Source: Candidatus Altiarchaeales archaeon (GTDB taxonomy: Archaea > Altiarchaeota > Altiarchaeia > IMC4 > SCGC-AAA252-I15). Taken from it: a DNA stretch of 64,000 nt. A program made the translations under genes and the position numbers. The notes under the pieces are model-generated. The model was not told the origin of the DNA, searched no databases, and saw nothing but the letters and a program-made list of their open reading frames with translations. The stretch is from assembly GCA_014727915.1 (NCBI GenBank), contig WJMO01000006.1, forward strand, positions 65,376-129,375, in the 5' to 3' direction. Below, one piece after another: positions 9,401-17,207 of this stretch. The stretch's first letter is position 1, and every line of letters starts with the position of its first letter.

Positions 9401-11431
9401 TAATCCCCTTCCTAGGTCTGCCATCCCGTCGAATGCGGTGTCAACCCGGTTTCGTATGTTAAGGGCTGGCAGTATCCCTGCTATAGTCTCGCTTGACTTG
9501 TACTCTCCCTCTGTGCCGCGTGTGCTGGTGAAGTCCTCGTCCGCTGATACGGGGGCTCCCTTCTTGCTTACGCCCTCTCCGAACCTGTCGAATGCGGGAA
9601 GCCTTGAGGACATGGACCTGGGTTCCTGGCCGCGGGCAGCTCCGATGTCGTGTTCGGTGTGTAGTAACGCGCCTGGACGTGCTTCTCCCATCATAGATGA
9701 GGATACGCCTGTGGACCCCATACCATGCCCTGGCCTCCTGACGCCGCCGACGACTCCGCCGGGAGCTCCCACCTGGGGTGTGCCGTAGATGCCACCTGCG
9801 GACTTTTCCCGCCAGTACCGTTGGCTGTCAGCTCCCTGAGACCGGAACACCTGCCCCAATCCCTTGAAGAAGCCGACGTTTGACGGCTGGCGTGGGGTGC
9901 TACTCCCTGTGAATGTGTCTCGCACGTCACTCCAGCCGGGCCATATTCCCCTGCTGGCCATTCCATCCCGGCTCATCATGCTGGCCTGTGTGGCCGCGGT
10001 CACTATGCCTGACGACCCGGCGCCGGTCAGCCCACTGCCCAACGCTATCATGCTGAAGCTCTTCCAGAAGTCGGTCCTCGTGTTAGCTGCGACCATGTTG
10101 GTCATGCCGGAGGCTGCCATCGCGCCCCCGATCCACTTCATCAATTGGGTCATGAACAGGGGTATGACGAGCATGCAGAGGCATCCTGCCATGAAAACGA
10201 ACAACGCCAGTATCTTGCCCATTATGTTCTCCCCCACGGATATCATAACGCCGCTTGGGGTTGCAGCCTTCACCTTAGGGGAGAGTTTGTGTATGCTACT
10301 CCTGTCAATGGCACTTGAGGGGCTGTAGGGTTCGTAGTATTTGTTGACTGCCACCATCGAGTCCGTGCTGAAACTGACGAGGCTCATCGTAGCAAGCAGT
10401 GTTACCGAGAAGACGAGAGCTATGACTGGGCCCATGAATATCCAGGTCAGTGTCTTCATCAGCAGGTTGCCGCCGAAGCTCCTTGTGTACTCGAAGAAGT
10501 AGAGGAACAGTGTGAAGGGGAATATTAGGTAGAAGAGTATTATCAGGGCCCATCTTATGAAGAGCAGCATTACCACCATCACTAGGAATGCCGCAACCCA
10601 CCATAGTAGGAAGAGCCCAACCCCGAAGTAAAGCATTATCAGTATGATACCGCCGAAGACGAGCACTATGTATGCCATGGCCGAGGAGCCTCCCTGGCTA
10701 CCCGCCACCAGCTCGTAGGTGTCGTCGAATATCTGGTTGGATATCCCGTTGGCTAGGTCGTCGTTGAGGAATATGTATATGTGCTTCGAGACGCCGATCA
10801 CGATTATCGCGACTATGAGCTTGGTGAGCATGTCCTTGGCCCTCGCCCTCTGACCCGGGTCTATGGATGAGAAGAGGAGGTAGGCGGCCGTCACCAGTAT
10901 CTGTATGAATAGGAAGGGCATAACGAGCCGCAGCATAAGGCCGTATAGTGAGTCGTAGTAGTCCCAGCTGGGCTGGAACTGTATTCCCAGCTTCAAAAGC
11001 CAGACAAGGCCGCCGATAAGGTATTCCAATGCCTTGCCTATCCAACCCATCACCTCCTCCCATACGATCCCGGCCAGAGCCTTCAACATGGGGTTCTGGA
11101 ACAGGCAGTCGACACCCAGCACATATGGGGCGGTGGCCATCTTGTCCACGCGCCACCAGTTCTCGCCCACCGGCCATCCACCCGACTCGTAGTCTATTAT
11201 TTTCTCCTTCTTCCCGTATTCGGTAACAGCCCTCTCATAGCAGTCATACCAGTCTGTGACGACCTGGCTGGTGGTCTCGGCGGTGTCTCGGACGTTCTTC
11301 ATGAAGAAATATTTGTAGCCCTCCCATGTGATGTCGTCCAGGGAGAAGGGGGCGCTGGAAACGAGAGGGGAGAGGATGAAAGATGCTAAAACCAGGGATG
11401 CCAGCATCAGTTTTATCCTTCGGAGGTTCAT
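6434..11431 (-). CDS. giant (1665 aa) secreted/polytopic membrane protein: N-terminal VirB6-like membrane domain, Gly-rich linker, long soluble region with a zincin HExxH motif (DLAHELGHS) near the C-terminus
   Basis: Signal peptide MNLRRIKLMLASLVLASFILSPLVSSA; many TM helices in first ~450 aa; paralogy to 3927..5975; HELGH motif seen in translation. Confidence 0.6.
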   Translation of the reverse strand: MNLRRIKLMLASLVLASFILSPLVSSAPFSLDDITWEGYKYFFMKNVRDTAETTSQVVTDWYDCYERAVTEYGKKEKIIDYESGGWPVGENWWRVDKMATAPYVLGVDCLFQNPMLKALAGIVWEEVMGWIGKALEYLIGGLVWLLKLGIQFQPSWDYYDSLYGLMLRLVMPFLFIQILVTAAYLLFSSIDPGQRARAKDMLTKLIVAIIVIGVSKHIYIFLNDDLANGISNQIFDDTYELVAGSQGGSSAMAYIVLVFGGIILIMLYFGVGLFLLWWVAAFLVMVVMLLFIRWALIILFYLIFPFTLFLYFFEYTRSFGGNLLMKTLTWIFMGPVIALVFSVTLLATMSLVSFSTDSMVAVNKYYEPYSPSSAIDRSSIHKLSPKVKAATPSGVMISVGENIMGKILALFVFMAGCLCMLVIPLFMTQLMKWIGGAMAASGMTNMVAANTRTDFWKSFSMIALGSGLTGAGSSGIVTAATQASMMSRDGMASRGIWPGWSDVRDTFTGSSTPRQPSNVGFFKGLGQVFRSQGADSQRYWREKSAGGIYGTPQVGAPGGVVGGVRRPGHGMGSTGVSSSMMGEARPGALLHTEHDIGAARGQEPRSMSSRLPAFDRFGEGVSKKGAPVSADEDFTSTRGTEGEYKSSETIAGILPALNIRNRVDTAFDGMADLGRGLKTLYEGAGQSVGQGLADVAKGVGRLLWSMRPISPFMPVRAVGRILASFATSHLPSEIQPYAVWLGRGMMGLSLRQMYWRSKWSAQMSFYKAHHRELEAAAEREEAKDPADRNTQKLAEWRSEMATMEESMFRTLDMMNYIGTPIAGNIDRQSYFTHLDAMPPNLKKKYLERSVVTGEGMDKDHLVNVKEADKSWDQCRGSQCWAKAPANRTEGEKEFLGTADRALLLTGQVADEQALETMKQSDPSQYHALVAGLDKGAFLDVVAMKNMGITSLDDQRLFRRNNYSEAQQAAAASGANVTDGVLFTERDGKMRRRRFMKLEGKYASAARKMEYRYQADYVAAMVMGGMSYDEAIVKARTKNLNLQRDGEGGVYMSHFDMPYLSKMMGRDDWAADELHRYEFGQTRRLKFWQFEDTDEYGRPADGAIAHEAEAEVEGVELVRVNESQKVGAQAINVRDEFGVETPVALVGNGVYVIDGDRVAVARVREWTSADMLMNQQDPQVQAKVSSLVSQLQAGQDVDYDALNLTAVDPLSYRAPIPRKVVGARLNASGQLELQYRAYRHFGEWRYEDAGPNWKTEMQTPVAAMLATRDNISDLALGMPSEHAGPISAEDVRNYMLSEDPGNANAIMSMNEAQLQSAFIEMRKRKHSEYKKQMQARATAYRTSIAESLHTEYGIGSDADDARRMMAEADANIHFSKQELEMADQAGLTDADLQAIKTRMWQSFQQYGGNMSLHNLQLYYDESDGNSMLIERTGHGVNLASDNGVNLQVNLAHMVRQTHGQIPEGLSLQDQQRVFQGNMREYLETLGSVDLAHELGHSPAERSLQSNMETSREEYIQRQMSAQGWSRSRAELAWEGVRWDLGQPNMEDTMREFGADERCMVDIDQSPDDLGTAMERWVERSQRTATTYDGSRQDAMNMARLSVLSEYFEGQYGGQMTPAQAQQLQQMRADIQARVNATDANNVPVHDINSINEYETTREWLRAHAQI

Positions 11432-11667
11432 CTTCGGGAGTGTGAGTAGGGTATAATATACTATTATAAAGAAATAAGAAAAGAAAGATCCTCATATCAG
11501 GTCATGTGATATTGTGGGGGCTGGTTCCTTTCATAGAGTTTTTTTGGCGGGCGGATCGTTTGATATCAGCCAGGCCAAGATGTTGATGTCTATCGTCTCA
11601 TGCCCGGGGGATGGGCAGGTTAACAGCCGTGCAATATTATTTGGTTTCATAAGAAAAAAAAGGTAGG

Positions 11668-11688
11668 TGGCCGGTTTTTTGACCGGCA
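11668..11688 (-). terminator. hairpin (GGCCGGT-TTTTTG-ACCGGC) followed on the minus strand by a T8 tract, immediately downstream of the pilin gene stop
   Basis: Inverted repeat read directly; on minus strand the hairpin is followed by CCTACCTTTTTTTT. Confidence 0.4.
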
Positions 11689-11695
11689 CATTGCC

Positions 11696-12046
11696 CTAGG
11701 GGTTTGCGTATATTCCACCACAGCCCTGAGCGTTTGAGATCACTAGAGCAACTAGCCACACTGCAGCAAGGACTATGACTATACCGACTACCGCATGGAT
11801 AATACCCTGCTTAGCCTGCTTCCTTGCTCCTGGGTCTTCAGCTGACCCAATCCACTTGATACCCTGTAGAGCTACGACAACAACGCCGACTCCACCGGCT
11901 ATCGCGACCAACAACCACTTGATGTTGGACAGAACAGTGCAGATTACGTCTCTTGCACTCTCAGCTCCTGATGCCTGCGCAGACACGAAGCTGGCAACCA
12001 TCAAGAGCGCTAGGGCCACTACAAATAGTGTCCTAAACTTTTTCAT
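11696..12046 (-). CDS. VirB2/TrbC-like conjugative pilin (CedA1/TedC-like): signal peptide + two hydrophobic helices joined by a basic loop
   Basis: 116 aa; MKKFRTLFVVALALLMVASFVSAQA signal peptide, helix1 LSNIKWLLVAIAGGVGVVVVALQGIKWI, loop GSAEDPGARKQAKQG, helix2 IIHAVVGIVIVLAAVWLVALVI; strong terminator downstream. Confidence 0.6.
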   Translation of the reverse strand: MKKFRTLFVVALALLMVASFVSAQASGAESARDVICTVLSNIKWLLVAIAGGVGVVVVALQGIKWIGSAEDPGARKQAKQGIIHAVVGIVIVLAAVWLVALVISNAQGCGGIYANP

Positions 12047-12111
12047 GTTTTTTCACCTCATTAGATAAGGTATGATAATTATTTGAAAATAACCATTTAT
12101 AAGTATAAAAT

Positions 12112-12127
12112 AAGTGTATACATGTAT
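12112..12127. promoter_or_regulatory. perfect 16-bp palindrome TGTATACATGTATACA upstream of the pilin gene (candidate operator)
   Basis: Read directly; located ~65-80 bp upstream of pilin ATG (12046) in AT-rich intergenic region. Confidence 0.3.
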
Positions 12128-12184
12128 ACAAAAGGTTGTCGGGTTTGTTATTGTGTTAAAAAGAGGATAAAAAAGACAGTGTTC

Positions 12185-12487
12185 CTATTTGAGTTCTACC
12201 AGATTGCCGTATGGGAACCATGGCTTGCTGGTGGCTTCGACGAGCAGGTCAAATGTTGTCTGCCGAGGCAGCTTACCGGTCTCTACGAACTCTATGAACT
12301 CTGCCTCCTGGCCATATGCAAAAAGAAGGGCGTATTTTATAAGTTGAGTCTGGCTTATTCGTATGTTCTTGCTCTTCAGCAGATGGTAGTTAATGGTCTT
12401 TATTATTGTCAGGGTCTCATCGTCGACCCTCTGAGTCGTGGATCTGGAGCCTCCCGGTTTCCCGCTCTTCTTACCCATAGCTACCAT
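12185..12487 (-). CDS. small hypothetical protein (100 aa) upstream of the pilin gene
   Basis: ORF with Gly/Lys-rich N-terminus; no recognisable motif. Confidence 0.4.
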   Translation of the reverse strand: MVAMGKKSGKPGGSRSTTQRVDDETLTIIKTINYHLLKSKNIRISQTQLIKYALLFAYGQEAEFIEFVETGKLPRQTTFDLLVEATSKPWFPYGNLVELK

Positions 12488-12680
12488 AAATAAAGAGGAT
12501 ATTTTTTAATATATAAGCAAATATATTCTTGTCTACAATGAAAGTCGAGATAAGGGATGACATAACCCAGAGGGACATATTACAATTCCTCGGGCTCATA
12601 TTATTCCTCATATTCTGGACGTGGTTCGTCTTCTACAGCGGCTTCATATTAAGATAGGCAATTGCGCATCCTGAGCCAAC

Positions 12681-14528
12681 ATGAGGAAGCGATCAGAGAA
12701 AGCACCTAGAGGACCGAACCTGGACCATGCCATGGCAGCATACGCCATCCTGCTTTTCCTGTCCCTGGCCGCGAACATAGAAACATACCTTAACATAAAC
12801 GATGAAGTCACCTACATGCTGATGGCGGACACCATTTCAAAGGGTAGGCTGGACATATGGAACGGAGCCGACGAGATGGACTCGGACGAGCTGGTCTTCC
12901 ACGCCACATTCAAACAGGGGGGGAGGACATATGGAGTGCCTTCCCCCATGTACCAGTTACTCGCCCTGCCATTCTACCTGGCGCTGGGAGTGCGGGGCCT
13001 GATACTCATGAACACATTTTCATTCGCAGGCACGACACTGGTAGTATACCACATGTCCAAGAGCCTATTTGAGAGTGGTCGATTAGCAGCTTTGACGGCG
13101 GTATTCTACTCGATAATATCGTATTCGATGAAGTACAGCCTTGACCTTTGGCCGCACATGATTTCGGTATTCCTGGTCTCGCTATCAGCATGGCTTATTT
13201 TGAGGTGTAGACCCTGGGTTGCGGGGCTTGCGATGGGCTTCGCTGTGAGCATAAGGTACTCTAACATCCTGTTGCTAGGTGTTCTGGGCGCTTATGCACT
13301 AGCGCGGTCGGGGCGTGTGAAGACGGTCAGGTTCTTGTTGGGCTCGCTGCCGCCGGCTGCCGCAACGCTGTTAATGCTCCGCAGCATACACGGGACGTTT
13401 TCAAAGACGGGATACAACCCGGGGCAGAGCATCATCGAATACCTTTCCGCGGACGTGAAACCCTATCTTCTGATCCTGGCGGCGGCTTCGCTGATATCTT
13501 TCGCATTCGCGCGCAGGATGCGTGGACTGAGAGCCGGAGCCATTGCGGGGTTGTCTTGTCTGCTAATGCTCTCAATCCTATTCACGTTCGAAGACCCTGG
13601 ATTCACAGATAAAGCCATAAGCTCCCTGCGCATACTCTGCTCGGAGGTTGTTGACATGCAATCCCACCCGGACACCAGGGTACCCCATAGGAAGAAGAGC
13701 CTCCTCCAGGCCTCGCCCATACTTGCTCTCGCGCTGCTGGCGCCCCCGATACTGAGAAAAAGGGTAGGATTGTCGGGTGTGTTCCTCTTGTACGCGCCCT
13801 TTTCAAGCCTGGCATTGTTCTACAGCTCCTACCCCCTCAAACACGGGGGTTCTGTGATGTTCATGAGGTATTTCCTGGAGGCCGTTCCATTCCTGGCTAT
13901 CGCATCCGCATACGCGCTGAGCAGCATGGCAAGATTCGGCAGCGTTGAAACCACAGCTTCCAAGACCGGCCTGGCCGTCATCGTCTTCACCATGTTAGGG
14001 CCGCTACAGGGTTTGAGCGCGGATTTCGCGGGTTTTTTCCTTCGTTTTGTCCCTCTGACCCTTGCAGCCTCCCTGATAGTCTCCGGCGCAGCAGCCCATC
14101 ATGGGAGGAGGTGTAGGAGGTTATTCCACGCTGCTTTGATATTGACTGTCGCATACAGCATCTCATCAAATGTGGTGGACACGACCGTGACAAAAAAATC
14201 CAAGGCTTTTGTGGGGGAGACCCTGGAGGATCTTGATGTCCTCGAGGAAGGTTCCACCGTGTTCGTCGGAGAAGACACCGGTTTCATAGCTGTGGGGCAG
14301 CTGAAGAAGGACCGCGGGATAAGGTTGGTGCAGGCCTCGATTGACGGCTTCAACGACAGCCAGAGGACAATGGAGCATTACGTCAGCTCGGGTGTGCCGG
14401 TTAACGTGGTCGAGGTGTTGTTCATAAACAACACGGAGTACAGGAGGTTCATAGAATCCAACCTGTCCATGTACAGCCACAGCCAGAGTGAGGGGGAATA
14501 TCTGAGGGTCTACCATGTCTCAAAGTAG
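12681..14528 (+). CDS. polytopic membrane protein, GT-C-fold glycosyltransferase-like (paralog 1)
   Basis: 615 aa; ~12 TM N-terminal domain + C-terminal soluble domain; NDE motif in first loop (INDEVTYMLMADTISKGRLDIWNGAD); strongly similar to the next ORF. Confidence 0.5.
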   Translation: MRKRSEKAPRGPNLDHAMAAYAILLFLSLAANIETYLNINDEVTYMLMADTISKGRLDIWNGADEMDSDELVFHATFKQGGRTYGVPSPMYQLLALPFYLALGVRGLILMNTFSFAGTTLVVYHMSKSLFESGRLAALTAVFYSIISYSMKYSLDLWPHMISVFLVSLSAWLILRCRPWVAGLAMGFAVSIRYSNILLLGVLGAYALARSGRVKTVRFLLGSLPPAAATLLMLRSIHGTFSKTGYNPGQSIIEYLSADVKPYLLILAAASLISFAFARRMRGLRAGAIAGLSCLLMLSILFTFEDPGFTDKAISSLRILCSEVVDMQSHPDTRVPHRKKSLLQASPILALALLAPPILRKRVGLSGVFLLYAPFSSLALFYSSYPLKHGGSVMFMRYFLEAVPFLAIASAYALSSMARFGSVETTASKTGLAVIVFTMLGPLQGLSADFAGFFLRFVPLTLAASLIVSGAAAHHGRRCRRLFHAALILTVAYSISSNVVDTTVTKKSKAFVGETLEDLDVLEEGSTVFVGEDTGFIAVGQLKKDRGIRLVQASIDGFNDSQRTMEHYVSSGVPVNVVEVLFINNTEYRRFIESNLSMYSHSQSEGEYLRVYHVSK

Positions 14529-16347
14529 TTCAGGCGGGGATAGTAGGGGGTGGGGCAGGTATGCGATAGCATACTCCGCACTGCTCCTTATGGTGTTGGC
14601 TGCCAACATAAGGCCCGCCATCATAGTCAACGACGAGCTGAGCTACCTGCTGATGGCGGACACCATGTCAAGGGGGAGGCTGGGCATATGGAACGGAGCC
14701 GACGGGATGCGCTCTGATGAGCTGGTACTACACGGGTTCTCAGAGGCGGGCGGTGTACTGTACAGCCAGTACCCCCCGTTCTATGGGCTTCTAATGATGC
14801 CCTTCTACATTTTCGCAGGTGTTTGGGGCCTCGTGTTCGCTAACAGCCTGGCATTCTCCGCGACGGTGTTCCTCGTCTACCTGATCTCCGCCGAACTGTT
14901 CAGGGATAATAGGCTGGGTTTCTGCATCTCGATCTTCTACTCCCTTTGCGCCTATTCCATCAAGTTCGGGTTGGAAGTCTGGCCGCACATGACCACCACT
15001 GCCTTGACCGCCGGGTCAGCGTATCTGCTATTGAAGGGGAAGCCCGTGCTTTCAGGTTTTATGCTCGGGGTTGCGGCGGGCGTCAGGTACCCGAACGCGA
15101 TCCTGTTGCTCGCTTTAGCCACCTACGCTGCATGGACTCTCGGATGGCGTGGAGGAGCCAAAGTCGTCTTAGGAGGGGCTGCGCCAATAGCCGCGATACT
15201 GGCCTTTAACATGCGAGTTTACGGGTCATTGACTAGGCTGGGATACGATAACGGCTTGGACGTGTTCGAATACCTAGGGCGTGAGGGGTGGCTTGTCTAT
15301 CTTCCACTGGCCGCTTTAGCCTTGGTTTCGGCCTATACCTTCTGGAGGTGTGGGAGGGGTGTGAGAGCATGGCATGTCCTGGCTGTAGTGGCGATCCTGT
15401 CCGCTGTCGTCCTGGCGTCCGACCCACTGGCTCCTGGGAGGTTGCGGACTTCCGCTAGGATATTATACGGTGAGCTGGTTGACTTCCAGGTTCACCCAGG
15501 GTATTCGGGTGATGGGAACAAGAAGAGCGTGCTGCAGGCCTCGCCCATACTTGCGCTGGCGTTGACTGCGCCGGCACTAATAAGGAGGGATGTCGGTTTG
15601 GAACGGACGGCCCTATTGTATATGCCAGCGTCTGTGCTGGCTGTCTTCTTCACCATGTTCAAGGACATGCACGGGGGTAACGTGATGTATGTGAGGTACC
15701 TCTTGGACGGCATACCATTCCTCGCCATCGCAGCGGGTTACGCGGTAAGCAAGCTACTGGAAGCGAGGAGATGGGATTCCATACTTTCTGCGACTGTGGG
15801 TTATGCGCTTTTATTCTTCGCACTATCGCCGCTGCAGTTCCTGCCCGGCCCAGGAGCCGAGCTGATGGTCCGGGCACTGCCTATTTCGACAGGCCTGCTG
15901 CTATTGGCATCAGCAATACACCGCGGAGGAAGAGGTAAGGCATTGTTACAGGCGATGATCATAATGTCCGCTGGCACCGGCTTGGCCTTTAACATGTCGG
16001 ATTCCGTGAGAACCATGACAGGCAGGCAGATCACATTAGAGTCCCTAGAAGGGCTGGAGGTTGCGGAGTATGATTCTGCCTTCATCGTCGGCGACGACCT
16101 GGACGCCGTGAAAGTCGGGTTGTTGAAGCTGGACAGGAGGGTCAGATTGGCGGACGCTTCAAGGGACGGTTTCAAGGATGCGAACATGCTGCTTGAACAT
16201 TACATGGGGGAGGGGCTGCCCGTCTATGCGGTCGAAGCCAACAATACCCGGTTCGGGGAGTTCCTCGAGTCTGCGAGGGGAAGATGGGAACACACGAGCT
16301 TTGAGGCTGGCAGGATGCATATCACCCGCTTCAAAGGCGAAGGTTGA
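14515..16347 (+). CDS. polytopic membrane protein, GT-C-fold glycosyltransferase-like (paralog 2)
   Basis: 610 aa; shares motifs with paralog 1 (VNDELSYLLMADTMSRGRLGIWNGADGM; KKSVLQASPILALALTAP); 14-nt overlap with paralog 1. Confidence 0.5.
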   Translation: MSQSSSGGDSRGWGRYAIAYSALLLMVLAANIRPAIIVNDELSYLLMADTMSRGRLGIWNGADGMRSDELVLHGFSEAGGVLYSQYPPFYGLLMMPFYIFAGVWGLVFANSLAFSATVFLVYLISAELFRDNRLGFCISIFYSLCAYSIKFGLEVWPHMTTTALTAGSAYLLLKGKPVLSGFMLGVAAGVRYPNAILLLALATYAAWTLGWRGGAKVVLGGAAPIAAILAFNMRVYGSLTRLGYDNGLDVFEYLGREGWLVYLPLAALALVSAYTFWRCGRGVRAWHVLAVVAILSAVVLASDPLAPGRLRTSARILYGELVDFQVHPGYSGDGNKKSVLQASPILALALTAPALIRRDVGLERTALLYMPASVLAVFFTMFKDMHGGNVMYVRYLLDGIPFLAIAAGYAVSKLLEARRWDSILSATVGYALLFFALSPLQFLPGPGAELMVRALPISTGLLLLASAIHRGGRGKALLQAMIIMSAGTGLAFNMSDSVRTMTGRQITLESLEGLEVAEYDSAFIVGDDLDAVKVGLLKLDRRVRLADASRDGFKDANMLLEHYMGEGLPVYAVEANNTRFGEFLESARGRWEHTSFEAGRMHITRFKGEG

Positions 16348-16378
16348 ACCCCACACTATTATTATACGGTGCAATAAT

Positions 16379-17194
16379 ATGTACGAGACGATGAAACCGG
16401 ACCTCTCGCCCAGGACGATGGAATTGGATGTCAACTACGTCCGCCAGCTGCTTGGCGTCGACTTGGAACCTGACAGGGTGAAGGATCTCCTGGAGAGGAT
16501 GCGGTTCGGCGTCGGAGGCAAAGGCGATACGCTGGAGGTCAGCATACCCGCCTTCAGGTCCGACATACTGCACCCGATAGACCTTGTGGAGGACGTGGCC
16601 ATAGCATATGGTTACATGAAATTCGACCCGGAGGTCCCGAGACTGTACACCCTGGGCCGGGAGGACGGGATGGAGTCCTACTGTGAGACTGTCAGGGAGG
16701 CCATGGTCGGCCTGGGTTTCAGGGAGGCCATGACGTTGGTGCTCACTAGCAGGCGGGACCTGTTCGAGAGGATGCACATCCCCGAGGAGGATGTGGTCGA
16801 GACCGTTAAGCCGGTCAGCCAGGACCAGAGCGTTGCACGCTCATGGCTTCTCCCGTCGCTGATGGGAGTGTTGGAGAACAACAGGAACCGCGAGTACCCT
16901 CAGCGCATCTTCGAAGTGGGGGATGTCCTATCAGCTGACGGGTCGAACCGTAAGGCAGTGGCCGGCGTTATCGCCCATGGCAAGACAAACTACAGCGAGG
17001 TTAAGGCTGTGGTCTCGGGCCTGTTGAGGTGCCTGGGTTTGGGCGGTGGTGAGGAGGGGTTCGAACACGGGTCCTTCATAAAGGGCAGGTGCGGGAGGAG
17101 CAAGTACGGATTCTACGGCGAGGTCAGGCCGGAAGTCCTGGAGAGCTATGGTTTGGAGGTTCCGGTAACGGCCTTCGAGTTCAGGCTGGAGTGA
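16379..17194 (+). CDS. pheT: phenylalanyl-tRNA synthetase beta subunit, C-terminal portion only (B5 domain + C-terminal catalytic-like domain); N-terminal B1/B3-B4 part not encoded here
   Basis: Translation from ATG 16379 matches the B5 domain and C-terminal fold of archaeal PheT; TATA-like ATTATTATAC ~15 bp upstream; ORF-track N-terminal extension overlaps previous gene and is likely spurious. Confidence 0.6.
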   Translation: MYETMKPDLSPRTMELDVNYVRQLLGVDLEPDRVKDLLERMRFGVGGKGDTLEVSIPAFRSDILHPIDLVEDVAIAYGYMKFDPEVPRLYTLGREDGMESYCETVREAMVGLGFREAMTLVLTSRRDLFERMHIPEEDVVETVKPVSQDQSVARSWLLPSLMGVLENNRNREYPQRIFEVGDVLSADGSNRKAVAGVIAHGKTNYSEVKAVVSGLLRCLGLGGGEEGFEHGSFIKGRCGRSKYGFYGEVRPEVLESYGLEVPVTAFEFRLE

Positions 17195-17207
17195 CATTTA
17201 ACTGAGA

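Noticed and set aside
6483-11226. Numerous 60-200 aa ORFs on both strands inside the 1665-aa gene (for example 7256..7876, 8048..8518, 10698..11177)
   Set aside because: They are nested within a long ORF that has a coherent signal peptide, TM topology and motifs. They show Arg/Pro/Gly-rich junk composition.
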